NCBI GenBank assembly: GCA_965224085.1
Contig: CBDCYI010000004.1
Location: 704,001 to 768,000 of the forward strand
Direction: 5' to 3'
DNA length: 64,000 nucleotides
Source of the DNA: Candidatus Marinacidobacterales bacterium
GTDB lineage: Bacteria > Acidobacteriota > Vicinamibacteria > Marinacidobacterales > SMYC01
Part shown: positions 29,132 to 39,983 of the stretch, piece after piece
How positions within the stretch are numbered: the first letter of the stretch is position 1
How the letters are laid out: the number at the start of each line of letters is the position of its first letter
Notes under the pieces: model-generated
The model's input: the letters and a program-made list of their open reading frames with translations, nothing else
Databases searched by the model: none
Told to the model about the DNA's origin: nothing
Made by a program: the position numbers and the translations under genes

Positions 29132-30417
29132 CTGCCGAGCAAAGCGAGCGCCAACTCGTCGGTCACTTCGTGGACCGTGACGCGGCGAAACGTGTTGCGA
29201 AGAGGCTCTTTTGAGTAGGCGCCCACACGGAGGTAGTTGCTCGTGAGCCCGGTCCAAAGGCCACTCGCGTCCTGCTGCTCGAACAGCACCTCGACGTCCT
29301 CTCCAAGATAGCGGCTCGCGAAGGCCCGCCGTTTCGCGAGAGAGAGCTCCCGGAGCGCCTGACTTCGCGCCTTGATCACATCTGGCCGTATATGTCCGTC
29401 GAGACGGGCGGCCTTCGTACCGTAGCGCTTCGAATAGCTGAAGACGTGGAAATAAGCGAACGGCAGTGCTTCGAGATAGCGATAAGTCTCCTCGAACATC
29501 GCATCCGTTTCTCCCGGGAAGCCGACAATGATGTCGGTACCGAGCCCTATATCTGGAACGGTCGCGGCGACGAAGTCGACGAATTCTTTGTATTCCTCAG
29601 GCGTGTAGCGGCGGTTCATCCTCTCGAGAACGGGCGCTTGCGCGCTCTGGATGGGGACATGCAGATATTCGCAGAGCTTGTCCGAGCGCGCCATGTGCTC
29701 GACGAGCGATCGCTCGATCGTCGTGGGCTCGATCGAGGTGATCCGAATGCGCTTCAGCTCCTCGATCTCCTCGAGTTTTTGGATCATATCCGCGAAGCTC
29801 GTCCCCGCCTGGTGATAGCGGCCGATATTCACACCGGTAAGAACGAGCTCTTGATAGCCGCGTGCGGCGAGCTCCCGTGCCTCCCTGAGGAGATCGGCCA
29901 GATCGCGGCTTCGCTCGCGACCTCGAGTGAACGGAATGATGCAAAACGAGCAGAAAAAGTCGCACCCATCCTGTACTTTCAGATTTGCGCGCGTCGTGTG
30001 ATAGACGCCAGTCCCAGGAACTTCGAAATCTCCATCATTAATCAGGTTCGAATGAAGCACGACTGGATCTCTGAGCTTGCGCGGATTCTCGATGAAACTC
30101 GGGAACTTGTACTTGTACTCGGTGCCCACAATCATGTCGATGCCGTCGATCGCGCGCAACGCCTCGAGCCCCACCTGCGCATAGCAGCCCGTCACGACCA
30201 CGAAAGCCTCGGGCTGACGACGTAGCGCTTGGCGAATGGCGCTTCGACATGCAGCCTCGCCCCGCTCGGTGACAGAGCACGTATTGATGACGACGACGTC
30301 CGCCCGCTCGCCCCATTCGACGACGTCATAGCCTTTGTCTTGAAACGCACCCGCGAGTGACGCCGCTTCGGTTTGATTCAATCGACAGCCAAGCGAATGA
30401 AACGATGCCGTGGACAC
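29065..30417 (-). CDS. mtaB: tRNA t6A37 methylthiotransferase MtaB
   Basis: SLGCRLNQTE, INTCSVT, TRANLKVQDGCDFFCSFCIIP, GLTSNYLRV. Confidence 0.92.
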   Translation of the reverse strand: MSTASFHSLGCRLNQTEAASLAGAFQDKGYDVVEWGERADVVVINTCSVTERGEAACRSAIRQALRRQPEAFVVVTGCYAQVGLEALRAIDGIDMIVGTEYKYKFPSFIENPRKLRDPVVLHSNLINDGDFEVPGTGVYHTTRANLKVQDGCDFFCSFCIIPFTRGRERSRDLADLLREARELAARGYQELVLTGVNIGRYHQAGTSFADMIQKLEEIEELKRIRITSIEPTTIERSLVEHMARSDKLCEYLHVPIQSAQAPVLERMNRRYTPEEYKEFVDFVAATVPDIGLGTDIIVGFPGETDAMFEETYRYLEALPFAYFHVFSYSKRYGTKAARLDGHIRPDVIKARSQALRELSLAKRRAFASRYLGEDVEVLFEQQDASGLWTGLTSNYLRVGAYSKEPLRNTFRRVTVHEVTDELALALLGSYRGANNRVVADSGLGKGKESA

Positions 30418-30552
30418 CCTATCTCCTTGAAACGAAAAGTATACCGCGCAGCTTCCAATGCCCGCAATCCGAGTGGCTACCCGTTCCCGCTACCTGGCAA
30501 GCGTAGACACGGAAGCAGGTAACTGGAAGCAAGTAGCAACCTGGATCGCGGT

Positions 30553-30758
30553 TTAGGGCCGCCCAGCGCCAGATCCTGTCAGAGCATCGACCAAGACTTC
30601 CGCTTGCTTGACACTGGGCTCGCCCTGCGCCCGCCGCACGAGCGCCAACAGAATGTGGCATCGCTCGCACGCCTCGACATGCTCATGCACGAGGAATCCC
30701 GGCATACCGCCCTGCAATAAAGCCGCAAGCTCGAGCGCAGTGTAATGCGAGACTCCAT
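30553..30758 (-). pseudogene. Small zf-HC2-like (HxxxCxxC) protein, probable frameshift just after the start
   Basis: HYTALELAALLQG...HVEACERC. SD AGGAG and the ATG at 30758 are out of frame with this reading. Confidence 0.4.
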
Positions 30759-30815
30759 AAGCGGTACTCTCCTGTATCCTCAACGGATAGACGAACGAAT
30801 CCGGCTCTTTCTCGG

Positions 30816-32342
30816 CTAGAGGTTCGGATTTTTCATGATTTTTCGGATTTCGTCCTGATCCGCGGACGCTGGAAGACCCCATCCCTCCTGGTAGCCGAAA
30901 TGCTCGCGCACGCTCTTCGTCCGGAGGCGGTCGTCGACGATGTCGAGCTGGTTGGTGGTGACGAAGGACGGGTGGGGATGACCGCACGCTCTCGATAGCA
31001 AAAGAATCTCCTTTCTGAGCGTCACGAGATAGTTGGCAAGCCTCGCGCCCTTCGAGTGGGCATCGAGCCCCCGTATGAGCCAGGCGCTCTGCGTTGCCAC
31101 CCCCGTCGGACAATGTCCCGTGTGGCAACGCTGGGCCTGGATGCAGCCGACAGCGAGCATGGCCTCCCGCGCCACCTGGACCATGTCGCAGCCGAGCGCG
31201 AAAGCGAAAAGCGACGACTCGGGAAACCCGAGGCGGCCCGAGCCGATGAACAAGATCTTCTCGGCGATCGAAGCCTCCTTAAAAACGCGATAGACCTCGG
31301 CGAAGGCGACTTTGAACGGCAGCGCGACATGGTCGGCGAAGACGAGCGGGGCCGCGCCCGTGCCGCCTTCACCGCCATCGACCGTCACGAAGTCGACTCC
31401 CCGCTCCGTTGAATCCATTTGATAAGCGAGACGCGTCCAAAAGGTCGTGTCGCCCACAGCCGATTTGATACCCACGGGAAGCCCGGTAGCCTCCGCGAGC
31501 TTTTCGACGAAGTCGAGCAGCTCGTCCTCATCGCGGAACGTCGTATGGCACGAGGGACTCACGCAGTCCTTCCCCATCGGGATCCCGCGAATCGCTGCGA
31601 TCTCCGGCGTCACCTTCGCGGCCGGAAGAACACCGCCCATCCCGGGCTTCGCGCCTTGACTGAGCTTGATCTCGATCGCACGAACGTCGTGGCGGTCCAC
31701 CGTCTCGCGGAAACGCGACATGTCGAAACCACCATTCGCCGCACGGCAGCCGAAATAGCCCGACCCAATTTGCCAGATGAGAGCGCCGCCGTGATCGTGA
31801 TGGGGCGCGATCCCGCCTTCTCCGGTGTTGTGCAAGCAACCCGCGAGCGCCGCGCCACGGTTCATCGCCTCGACGGCCCGCGCGCCCAACGAGCCGAAAC
31901 TCATTCCCGAAATGTTGACGACCGAGTCGGGTCGAAACGCCTTCGCCCGCTCGCGAGCTCCGCCGAGGATTTTGGCCGCAGGCAATGCATAGGTCTCCGA
32001 ATAGGCGTCGTCCCCTCTCCCCGGCGACGGCAGCGGGAAGGCCGAATGCCGGATGATCAGATAATTGGGCGAGGTTTCGAGATCGTGGTCGGTTCCGAAG
32101 CCGAAATAGTTGTTCTGCTTCTTCGCCGACGCGTAGACCCACCTGCGCTCGTCCCGGCTGAAGGGCTTCTCTTCATTATTGCTCGTGACGATGTATTGCC
32201 TGAGCTCCGGACCGACGGCCTCGAACATGTATCGAAAATGTCCGATGACGGGAAAGTTTCGCAGGATCGCGTGCTCACGCTGCACGAGGTCGTAAGCGAC
32301 GACAGCGAGCACCACGAGCGCAAGGCCGAGGAGGATCCACAT
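30816..32342 (-). CDS. FMN-binding glutamate synthase family protein
   Basis: ILRNFPVIGH, ISGMSFGSL, NTGEGG, EIKLSQGAKPG, DGGEGGTGAAP, GCIQAQRCHTGHCPTGVATQ. Confidence 0.93.
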   Translation of the reverse strand: MWILLGLALVVLAVVAYDLVQREHAILRNFPVIGHFRYMFEAVGPELRQYIVTSNNEEKPFSRDERRWVYASAKKQNNYFGFGTDHDLETSPNYLIIRHSAFPLPSPGRGDDAYSETYALPAAKILGGARERAKAFRPDSVVNISGMSFGSLGARAVEAMNRGAALAGCLHNTGEGGIAPHHDHGGALIWQIGSGYFGCRAANGGFDMSRFRETVDRHDVRAIEIKLSQGAKPGMGGVLPAAKVTPEIAAIRGIPMGKDCVSPSCHTTFRDEDELLDFVEKLAEATGLPVGIKSAVGDTTFWTRLAYQMDSTERGVDFVTVDGGEGGTGAAPLVFADHVALPFKVAFAEVYRVFKEASIAEKILFIGSGRLGFPESSLFAFALGCDMVQVAREAMLAVGCIQAQRCHTGHCPTGVATQSAWLIRGLDAHSKGARLANYLVTLRKEILLLSRACGHPHPSFVTTNQLDIVDDRLRTKSVREHFGYQEGWGLPASADQDEIRKIMKNPNL

Positions 32343-32400
32343 TTTCTCTGTCCTTTCCGCGAATTCTCGACCATTCTACCGCCGTCGAGCCTCCCCTGAT

Positions 32401-32817
32401 ATGCTCTCGCCCGGTGAGGTAAGGTTTCCTGTGAAGAGCCATCCCGGTGTCACGGGCGCCCTCGCGCTCGGGGCGCTCACGCTCGTTATCATTCAACTTC
32501 TCTCCGAACAGCATGCGCTCGACTTCCTAACCGCCATCCTCGTCGCTGCGGCTTCCGTCTATATCGGCGCGGCCCTCGCCGGCGACAACGGAAAAACGCT
32601 CGCGCTAGAAACGACCGCCGGGCTCGCCTTCATCGTTGTGGCACTGTTGGGGCGCTGGTACGCTTCGACGGTTCTAGCTTGGGCTTATCTGGCGCACGGC
32701 GCTTGGGACATCTTGCACCACCGCAGAGTCGCGGGCGCGAATACCGGAAAGATCTATCCTGTTCTCTGCTGGGTCTACGACTGGATCATCGCAGCCGTGA
32801 TTCTCATCCGATACTGA
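32401..32817 (+). CDS. Small membrane protein (DUF6010-like)
   Basis: AASVYIG, LAHGAWDILHH, YPVLCWVYDW. Confidence 0.65.
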   Translation: MLSPGEVRFPVKSHPGVTGALALGALTLVIIQLLSEQHALDFLTAILVAAASVYIGAALAGDNGKTLALETTAGLAFIVVALLGRWYASTVLAWAYLAHGAWDILHHRRVAGANTGKIYPVLCWVYDWIIAAVILIRY

Positions 32818-32821
32818 AAAC

Positions 32822-33292
32822 GTGCTCAAACGAAGTGCAGGACTTTTGATGTATCGCACGAGCGGAAGCGGAAAGCTCGAGCTCTTGCTCGTACACCCCG
32901 GGGGGCCCTTTTTTCGTAACAAAGACGACGGCGCGTGGACGATCCCCAAAGGCGAGCTCGAAGCGGACGAGGAACCGCTCGAAACTGCCCGGCGCGAATT
33001 CGCCGAAGAGACCGGGCTCACCGTGCCGGAGTCCGGCTACGTATGTCTCGGAGAGGTCCAACAAAAAGGAGGAAAGCGGGTTTTGGCCTGGGCGTTTCCG
33101 GGCGACGGCGACCCCGACGAGGTGGCCTCCAACACGTTCGAGATCGAGTGGCCGCCCCGCTCGGGCCGCAACCGGTCGTTTCCCGAAATCGATCGCGCGG
33201 GTTTTTTCACGGCCGAGACAGCCCGGATCAAGTTGAACCCCGCGCAGGCGGCATTCGTGGACCGCCTCGAAGAGAAACTCCAAGGAGGCTGA
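32822..33292 (+). CDS. NUDIX hydrolase
   Basis: LVHPGGPF, WTIPKGE...ARREFAEETG, EWPPRSG...FPEIDRA. Confidence 0.9.
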   Translation: MLKRSAGLLMYRTSGSGKLELLLVHPGGPFFRNKDDGAWTIPKGELEADEEPLETARREFAEETGLTVPESGYVCLGEVQQKGGKRVLAWAFPGDGDPDEVASNTFEIEWPPRSGRNRSFPEIDRAGFFTAETARIKLNPAQAAFVDRLEEKLQGG

Positions 33293-33293
33293 C

Positions 33294-33880
33294 ATGACGG
33301 TAGGAGGCTCGTTTCTGGCTCTCTTTCTGGCCGGCGTGCTCGAAGCGCAGATTCCCGCCTACGAAGCGCTCGTCGCGATCCACGGCGAGATCGAGGATGC
33401 CTCTACTGCCAAGGTGCTATCCGAACTCGAGTCCCGTCTCGCGGCCATTGATATTTCGAGCTGGGATCGCTCGAAGAAAGTCGACTATCTGCTCGTGCGC
33501 GCCCGCCTCGCCGGCAAAGGCTTCGAGTTGCGGGTCATGCGCTCGCGCTCTCGCGATCCGCTAGCTCGCGCGGCTCGCCATCCGCCATCTCGAGCAGCAC
33601 GACGGCGTCGGCCAGGGTGAGCCGGTTCGCTCCTCACAGCCGGCCGGTATCATCGGCTGGTATCGCGATCTCGAAACACGCGTGTCGAGTCATCAACCCG
33701 AGCTCATTGCGAACGTGGACGAGACTCTCGAGGCCGTGATAGGTCTGCGCGATTGGCTCGAGGAGAAGCTCCCGTCGATGACCGCTCCAGCTTGGATCGA
33801 TCTCGAAGACTACGCCTGGTACTTGAAGAATGTGCGGCTTCTTCCCTATTCCGTCGAAGACGTGCGCCGCATCGGCGCGC
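33294..33880 (+). pseudogene. DUF885-like protein remnants
   Basis: RLAAIDISSW...KVDYLLVRA...RDP, and in another frame RDWLEEKLPSM...YAWYLKNVRLLPYS. Deleted and truncated. Confidence 0.55.
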
Positions 33881-34120
33881 GGGAGCCCGACCGTGACGCG
33901 CATGTAGCCGTCCATGTCGAAGGCTTGGCAAACGTGCACTTTTTGCTCCCGCAATAGCTCGATGTCTGTTCGTCGATGGCCTCGGCCATTGCTTCCAAAT
34001 CGAATCCGAAATCAGCCCCGAGCGCGACTTTTGTTCACCTCCCTACCGAGCTCCTCGGTCTTTCGCGGCACGTAGGGATAGGACGGAAACGCGGTCACCG
34101 TGTTTCCCGGCTGTCCCCAC
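33880..34120 (-). pseudogene. HisC-like aminotransferase fragments
   Basis: NTVTAFPSYPYVP...ALGADFGFDLEAMAEAIDEQT fused to C-terminal REQKVHV...MDGYMRVTVGLP. Confidence 0.55.
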
Positions 34121-34150
34121 CTCGAACGGTAGCTATGTCAGGCTCTCGCT

Positions 34151-35284
34151 CTAGAGGATCTCCGCTCCCGAGACCACTTGGCACGTGTAGAGCTCCGCAG
34201 TCGAGGCTCGCAGATCGTCGGCAAAGGAGCTATTTTGTTCCTTGTCGACGAGCGCAACCGCGCAACCACCGAACCCGCCCCCCGTCATGCGGGCGCCACG
34301 GCAGCCCGGATGGCTTCGAGCAGAGCGGACGATGCGATCGAGATCCGGACTCGAGACCTCGTAGAGCTCGCGCAAGCTCTCGTGAGAGTCCGCCATCAAC
34401 CTATCAAGGCTTTCGACGTCGCCCCGACGGAGCGCCTGCGCCATCTCGAGGGTCCTTCCGTTCTCCCGAATCACGTGTAGCGCGCGGCGGTACGTTGTCT
34501 CGTCCATTGCGGATCGAGCGGCGTCGAGAAGCTCGACGCTCACGTCGCGAAGGGCGCGCGTCGACCCTGCTTGGTGACGCACCGCGGCTATGGCAGCCTC
34601 GCAGCTCTCGCGCCGTTGGTTGTAGGCGCTCGTCGCAAGCTCGCGGCGTGTGCCCGTATCCATCACTACCACCGTGAGCTCCTCGGGCATGGGGACGCGC
34701 TTGATGGTGAGATCCCGACAATCGAGTAGCATCGCCGCGCCACGCTCCGAGAGCGACGACGCCATTTGATCCATGATGCCGCTATTGAGACCGATATAGT
34801 CGTTCTCCACGCGCTGTCCAAGCTTGGCCGCCAAGCGTCCATCCCAACGCGTGCCGCTCGCGTCGAACAACGCCCTAGCCATCGCAAGCTCGAGGGCCGC
34901 GGATGACGAAAGCCCCGCACCCATGGGCACATTTCCGGAAACGACAAAATCGAGGCCGTGTAGAGTGACCTTCTCGTGCGCGAGCGCCCACGCCATGCCG
35001 GCCGCATAGTCGAACCACGATGGCGTGGAAGATACGGGTCCGAGCTTCCCATAAGCAACGCTATAGGACTGCTCGAAATCGATCGAGTAGCCACGCAGCA
35101 GAAAACCGTCGCGATTGGGCGCGTAGGCCACCGTGACGTAACGATCGATGGCAACGGGTAGTACAAACCCTTCGTTGTAATCCGTATGCTCGCCGATGAG
35201 GTTCACTCTTCCAGGGGCTCGCGCGAAACGCGGGCGCTTGCTTCCGAACTGTTTTTCGAAACACGCCGCGAGCGTCTCAATCAC
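34151..35284 (-). CDS. galK: Galactokinase
   Basis: APGRVNLIGEHTDYNEGFVLP, VPMGAGLSSSAA, GIMDQ, GARMTGGGFGG. Confidence 0.96.
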   Translation of the reverse strand: MIETLAACFEKQFGSKRPRFARAPGRVNLIGEHTDYNEGFVLPVAIDRYVTVAYAPNRDGFLLRGYSIDFEQSYSVAYGKLGPVSSTPSWFDYAAGMAWALAHEKVTLHGLDFVVSGNVPMGAGLSSSAALELAMARALFDASGTRWDGRLAAKLGQRVENDYIGLNSGIMDQMASSLSERGAAMLLDCRDLTIKRVPMPEELTVVVMDTGTRRELATSAYNQRRESCEAAIAAVRHQAGSTRALRDVSVELLDAARSAMDETTYRRALHVIRENGRTLEMAQALRRGDVESLDRLMADSHESLRELYEVSSPDLDRIVRSARSHPGCRGARMTGGGFGGCAVALVDKEQNSSFADDLRASTAELYTCQVVSGAEIL

Positions 35285-35625
35285 AAGCCAGGTTTCCCTG
35301 AAGCGCGTAGCCGCTCCGCGGCCTCTTCGGCGTCGAAGTCACGCTGCGGCTCCGATGTCAGCTCGTAGCCGACAAGAAACTTGCGAACGCTCGCGGAACG
35401 CACGAGCGGGGGAAAGTCGTTGTCAAAAACAAAAACGTCCTCATATTCGGGATTGCGAGCGCCAGACGCACGCCGATTCCCGGGATAGATATAGCACTCC
35501 GGGCCGTAGGAAGACGTAGGCGGGCGTTTTATTTCGTCGCGCCGGCCGAGCCAGGGACGCTTCAGCCGCCCTTTGGAGCACAAGACCCACTCATCCAGTA
35601 GCGGGTTGTATCGCCTCTCGGCCAT
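35281..35625 (-). pseudogene. galT: Galactose-1-phosphate uridylyltransferase with an in-frame internal deletion (114 aa)
   Basis: RRYNPLLDEWVL...RLKRPW...FVFDNDFP joined to PLVRSASVRKFLVGYE...QRD...AAERLR. The HPH active site is absent. Confidence 0.85.
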
Positions 35626-35768
35626 CCGCGAGAGCGTAAACGATCCTTCTCGAACAGGAAAGTACAGAAACTTTATGCTACCGGGACAGGAATTCATGCG
35701 GGATTAGCGGGTTTGGGCACGAGTTGCTACTCTAAAGACGAACCCTGAGAGCTGAGCGAGCACTGCGA

Positions 35769-36674
35769 ATGCGGCTTGTCACGAGAGGAAACATGGATGG
35801 TCTCACCTGCGCGGTGCTTATCGACCATGCCGAACGTCTCGATGGCATCGAGCTCATCCACCCTCAAGACATCACGAATGACAAGTTCGATGTCAAGCAA
35901 GGCGACATTCTCGCGAACCTCCCCTATCACCCAACTTGTATCAAATGGTTCGACCACCACTCGGCCACGCGGACCTACGACAAACCCCCGACGCTTTTCG
36001 ACGGCAATTACGGGCTTGCGCCGAGCACCGCGCGCCTCGTTTATGACTACTACGTCGCCGACAATCCGGGCTTCAAGCTCCACGATGATCTCGTGAAGGC
36101 GACCGATCGCTATGACAGCGCGCAAGTCACCATCGAAGAAGTCACGAATCCGGAGGGCTATATCTTGCTGGGTTTCACGACGGATCCCCGCACTGGGCTC
36201 GGAAGCTTCAAAGACTATTTCATGAAGCTGGTCGAGACCTTCCAAGAAGGAACCATCGAAGACGTGTTGGCGCTCTCGGAAGTGAAAGCGCGCGCGCGGC
36301 GCATGGCGGACGAGCGGGAGAAATTTCTGGCGGTGGTCAAGCAACAATCCCGTTTGGAAGGCCGCGTGATCGTGACCGATTTGCGTGAGGTCGGGGAGTT
36401 GCCAGCCGGCAATCGCTTCCTTGTCTACACTTTGTTTCCCGAGGCCGCCGTTTCCATCCGCATTGCCTGGGGCCCGAATCGCGAGTTCGTCGTGGCAACG
36501 GTTGGCCACAGCATCTTCAATCGCACCTGCCCCGTGCACGTGGGCGGTCTCATGGCGCGGTATGGAGGCGGAGGTCACCGCGGCGCTGGCGCTACGCCAT
36601 TGTCGGCAGAAAACGCCGATGAGCTCGTCGCCGAGCTCATCTCGAAGCTCAACGAAACGCCGGTCAGCGCTTGA
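35769..36674 (+). CDS. DHH-family phosphoesterase (exopolyphosphatase-like)
   Basis: RLVTRGNMDGL, ILANLPY...FDHH, DPRTGLG, GNRFLVYTLFP, GGGGHRGAG. Confidence 0.85.
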   Translation: MRLVTRGNMDGLTCAVLIDHAERLDGIELIHPQDITNDKFDVKQGDILANLPYHPTCIKWFDHHSATRTYDKPPTLFDGNYGLAPSTARLVYDYYVADNPGFKLHDDLVKATDRYDSAQVTIEEVTNPEGYILLGFTTDPRTGLGSFKDYFMKLVETFQEGTIEDVLALSEVKARARRMADEREKFLAVVKQQSRLEGRVIVTDLREVGELPAGNRFLVYTLFPEAAVSIRIAWGPNREFVVATVGHSIFNRTCPVHVGGLMARYGGGGHRGAGATPLSAENADELVAELISKLNETPVSA

Positions 36675-37038
36675 CCTTGAGCGTCAGGCCGCGGACGGCT
36701 TCAACGCGCACCGTCTCCCCTTTCGGAACCTCCGGCTCTCCAACGGAAAGCTCCGCCATCCATAGTTCGCCTCGCAGCTTGACATAGCCCCGCGGGCCGA
36801 GCGGCTCCTCGGTCACTGCCTTCTCCCCGAGCAGCCACGTGTGCGCCTCACGCTCCTTGAAATTGTAATGCGGCTTTAGTATCGGATAGAAGAGGACGTC
36901 TTTGACGAGCCAACCGATAAAAACGAGCACGCAAGCAGATGTCGACAGCGAGAGCCAATGATGCGCGCCGGCAAGCAGCGCAATGAGCACGCTCCAACCT
37001 GGAATCTGGAGTAGCCAGTAGCGCCAAAAGACGGTCAA
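36664..37038 (-). CDS. Short NfeD-like membrane protein
   Basis: Two TM segments plus GYVKLRGELWMAE...VRVEAVRGLTLKV. Confidence 0.78.
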   Translation of the reverse strand: MTVFWRYWLLQIPGWSVLIALLAGAHHWLSLSTSACVLVFIGWLVKDVLFYPILKPHYNFKEREAHTWLLGEKAVTEEPLGPRGYVKLRGELWMAELSVGEPEVPKGETVRVEAVRGLTLKVKR

Positions 37039-37523
37039 TGCACTTTGTACTTTGGCGGCGGGGGCGGCTCACCTGGCTCGAAAGGCTCTGGAGGAACGTC
37101 GATGACGGGGCCCGATTCGCTTGGAAACCCCATACCCGCGACGTCTACGTGAACGCGGTTCTCGTCGATCGCCTTTCGCAACCGGTTCATCGAGACATTC
37201 TTCACGACGTCACGAAACACGGGCACCAAGAGAAGAAAGCCGAACGCGTCCGTCAGTATTCCCGGCGTGATGAGCAAGGCTCCCGCGATGAGGATCATAA
37301 CGCCGTCGGCGAGCGATCCAGCGGGAAGCTCGCCGCGCGCCATTTGGTCCTGAGCGCGCCCGACAACCGCGAGTCCCTGCCGACGTGCAAGAGAGGCGCC
37401 CACGACACCCGTCACAGCAATCAGGCCGAGCGTAGGGAGCGTGCCGAGATGACTCCCAACCTCGAGAAGCAGCGCGAGCTCGATCGCCGGAACGACGATG
37501 AAGAGCAAAAGAAGCATTCCCAT
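37035..37523 (-). CDS. fxsA: FxsA family membrane protein
   Basis: FIVVPAIEL, GASLARRQG, GALLITPGILTDAFG. Confidence 0.9.
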   Translation of the reverse strand: MGMLLLLFIVVPAIELALLLEVGSHLGTLPTLGLIAVTGVVGASLARRQGLAVVGRAQDQMARGELPAGSLADGVMILIAGALLITPGILTDAFGFLLLVPVFRDVVKNVSMNRLRKAIDENRVHVDVAGMGFPSESGPVIDVPPEPFEPGEPPPPPKYKVH

Positions 37524-37683
37524 GCCCTATTATAGGAACGCTCGACGTCGCCGCGAAAATAAATTCCGCGGCCCGAGTTGCTACCGGCTCTCTGCCACCT
37601 GCTTTAAAGTCTGCGCCCTGACACGGCTGACCAGCCAGGCAAAACTGAAAGTTGTTGATAGGAAATCACTTTAGAGCGCCCGG

Positions 37684-38031
37684 CTAGGGTGTTTTGACCC
37701 GCCGGAGGACGGGATAGTACTGCACAAAGACGTTGTCGTCTTCGCCGTGCTCGGCGCGACAGTCATCATGACAGCTCCCGCGGCCGAAGGCGCTCGCGCG
37801 ATCGGCCGTCCCCGAAAACCCGTAATAGGCCCAATCCTCTTCGAAACGGCCGACGTCTTTCACCGCGAACTCGAGGCCGTGAAACTCGCCCGAGAACAGG
37901 CCCGATCCAAAATCCGTTTTCTCGCGCGCGCCATAGAGGGTCATCGCGAGCATAGTCTGGTCGGGAAACGTTCCCGTCTCGACGTAATGCCGATAAGCGC
38001 TCGGCTCTTGTCGACTATCATGGGGAGCCAA
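37684..38031 (-). pseudogene. Cytochrome P460-family C-terminal fragment
   Basis: AYRHYVETGTFPDQTML, GLEFAVKD...WAYYGF, degenerate heme motif CHDDCR, DNVFVQYYPVLR. No signal peptide. Confidence 0.65.
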
Positions 38032-38204
38032 GAAACAGGAGCCCGTCTATCCCGAACGCATGCGAACCTTTGAGTTCTACCCTGTATATGCTAGTCTCAG
38101 CGCCGCTCGACGAAAGGATACCAGCCCTTTGCTTGCGAAGTCTTTCCTCCTCACACTCCCGCTAACGGAAGCCGAGTTCTCTGAAGGCACGAGGCCGCGC
38201 TGAC

Positions 38205-39983
38205 ATGGAAACTTACTCTTTGTCGCTGATTTCACTGGCCCCGGTATTCACGGTGGCGCTCTTCCTCGTCATTCTTCGATGGCCAGCGAGCCGCGCCATG
38301 CCGCTCTCCTACCTCGTGGCCGCAGGGCTTGCGCTCTTTGTTTGGGGTGTCCCCGGCACACAAGTAGTCGCGGCGACCATCAAAGGCATCGTGGTCGCCG
38401 GCACGCTCCTGTACATCATCTTCGGTGCGATTCTTCTGTTGAACACGCTTCAACAGAGCGGCGCCATCCGTACCATCCGCCGTGGCTTCACCGAAATTTC
38501 GCCGGACCGCCGCATTCAAGTCATCATCATCGCGTGGCTCTTCGGCTCTTTCATCGAGGGCTCCGCCGGCTTCGGAACGCCCGCGGCCGTCGCCGTGCCT
38601 CTTCTAGTCGGCCTCGGTTTTCCGGCGCTCGCCGCCGTTCTTGCTGGCATGCTCATCCAAAGCACGCCCGTCTCCTTCGGCGCCGCAGGCACCCCGATCC
38701 TCGTCGGCGTGAGCACCGGCCTGAGCGACGCGGTTAACGTCGAAGCCTTTTCCGCCGCGGGCGGCTTTCAGGAGTGGACAGATTTCTTGGCGATGATCGG
38801 GATGAAAGTCGCTTTCCTGCACGCAGTGGCGGGAACTCTCGTCCCACTCATCGTGCTCGCTTTCGTGACACGGTACTTCGGAGAGAACCGTTCCTTCGCC
38901 GACGGGCTCCGCGTGTGGCGGTTCGCGCTTTTCGCGGCTTTCGCGATGACGATTCCCTACATCATCGTCGCAAATCTCCTCGGGCCGGAATTTCCCGCGC
39001 TCCTCGGCGGGCTCATCGGCCTCGCGATCGTCGTCACCGCGGCTAGACGAGGCCTCTTCATGCCGACGCCTTCCGACTACTGGGATTTCCCCGACAAAGA
39101 GAAGTGGGAACCGGAGTGGTCGGGCACTATCGAGATCCGCGACGAAGGCGGTGCGAACGGTACGATGAGCTCCTACATGGCGTGGGCACCCTACGGCCTC
39201 GTCGGGCTCCTCCTCGTGCTAACGCGGCTTCGGGCGCTTCCGTTTTTTGGATGGCTCAACGCCTGGTCGGTTCGGTGGCCGGATATCCTCGGCTCGTCCA
39301 TCACGGCTAACTTTGAGCCGCTTTTCTTGCCCGGGACCATCTTCATCGTAGTGTCACTCGCCGCGTTCTTTCTGCACCGCCTGGATGCACCTTCCTACGG
39401 GAAAGCCTGGTCGAACTCTCTCAAAACGACGGCCGCCGCTTCGGTCGCGCTGATCTTTACCGTACCGATGGTGCAGGTCTTTATCAATACCGGCGGCGGG
39501 TCGGCCGGCTTCGACCAAATGCCGATCGCGCTCGCCGACGGCGTCGCGTCTCTTGCGGGAAGCGCATGGCCGATTTTCGCTCCTTTCATCGGCGGGCTCG
39601 GCGCCTTCGTCGCGGGAAGCAACACGGTCAGCAACATGATGTTCTCGCTGTTTCAATTCAGCGTCGGCGAACGCATCGGTGTAGACCCAAGCTGGATCGT
39701 AGCCCTTCAGGCGGTCGGTGGCGCCGCGGGGAACATGATTTGCGTCCACAACGTCGTGGCCGCCTCTGCCGTCGTGGGACTGCTCGGAAAAGAAGGTACT
39801 GTCATCCGCATGACGATTCTTCCGTTCGTTTACTATGCGCTGCTCCCTGGGTCTCTCGGCTACTTCATCGTTTGGTACGCGGACAAAGGCGCTTTGAACG
39901 CGGGAGCGGTGCTCCTCGCGGCCATCATCGCTTTCGCCATCTACTTCGTCTCGTCCCAGCTTCGCCAAGGAAACCATTCTTGA
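38205..39983 (+). CDS. lctP: L-lactate permease
   Basis: [67 protein letters not shown]. Confidence 0.92.
   Translation: METYSLSLISLAPVFTVALFLVILRWPASRAMPLSYLVAAGLALFVWGVPGTQVVAATIKGIVVAGTLLYIIFGAILLLNTLQQSGAIRTIRRGFTEISPDRRIQVIIIAWLFGSFIEGSAGFGTPAAVAVPLLVGLGFPALAAVLAGMLIQSTPVSFGAAGTPILVGVSTGLSDAVNVEAFSAAGGFQEWTDFLAMIGMKVAFLHAVAGTLVPLIVLAFVTRYFGENRSFADGLRVWRFALFAAFAMTIPYIIVANLLGPEFPALLGGLIGLAIVVTAARRGLFMPTPSDYWDFPDKEKWEPEWSGTIEIRDEGGANGTMSSYMAWAPYGLVGLLLVLTRLRALPFFGWLNAWSVRWPDILGSSITANFEPLFLPGTIFIVVSLAAFFLHRLDAPSYGKAWSNSLKTTAAASVALIFTVPMVQVFINTGGGSAGFDQMPIALADGVASLAGSAWPIFAPFIGGLGAFVAGSNTVSNMMFSLFQFSVGERIGVDPSWIVALQAVGGAAGNMICVHNVVAASAVVGLLGKEGTVIRMTILPFVYYALLPGSLGYFIVWYADKGALNAGAVLLAAIIAFAIYFVSSQLRQGNHS

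Noticed and set aside
30476-30537. Imperfect inverted repeat (GCTACC...CAGGTAAC...GTAGC) upstream of mtaB
   Set aside because: A single degenerate copy in the window. It could be REP-like or a terminator but cannot be supported.
37524-37683. Possible ncRNA between fxsA and the P460 fragment
   Set aside because: Only short hairpins and a partial IHF-like site. No recognisable RNA family.
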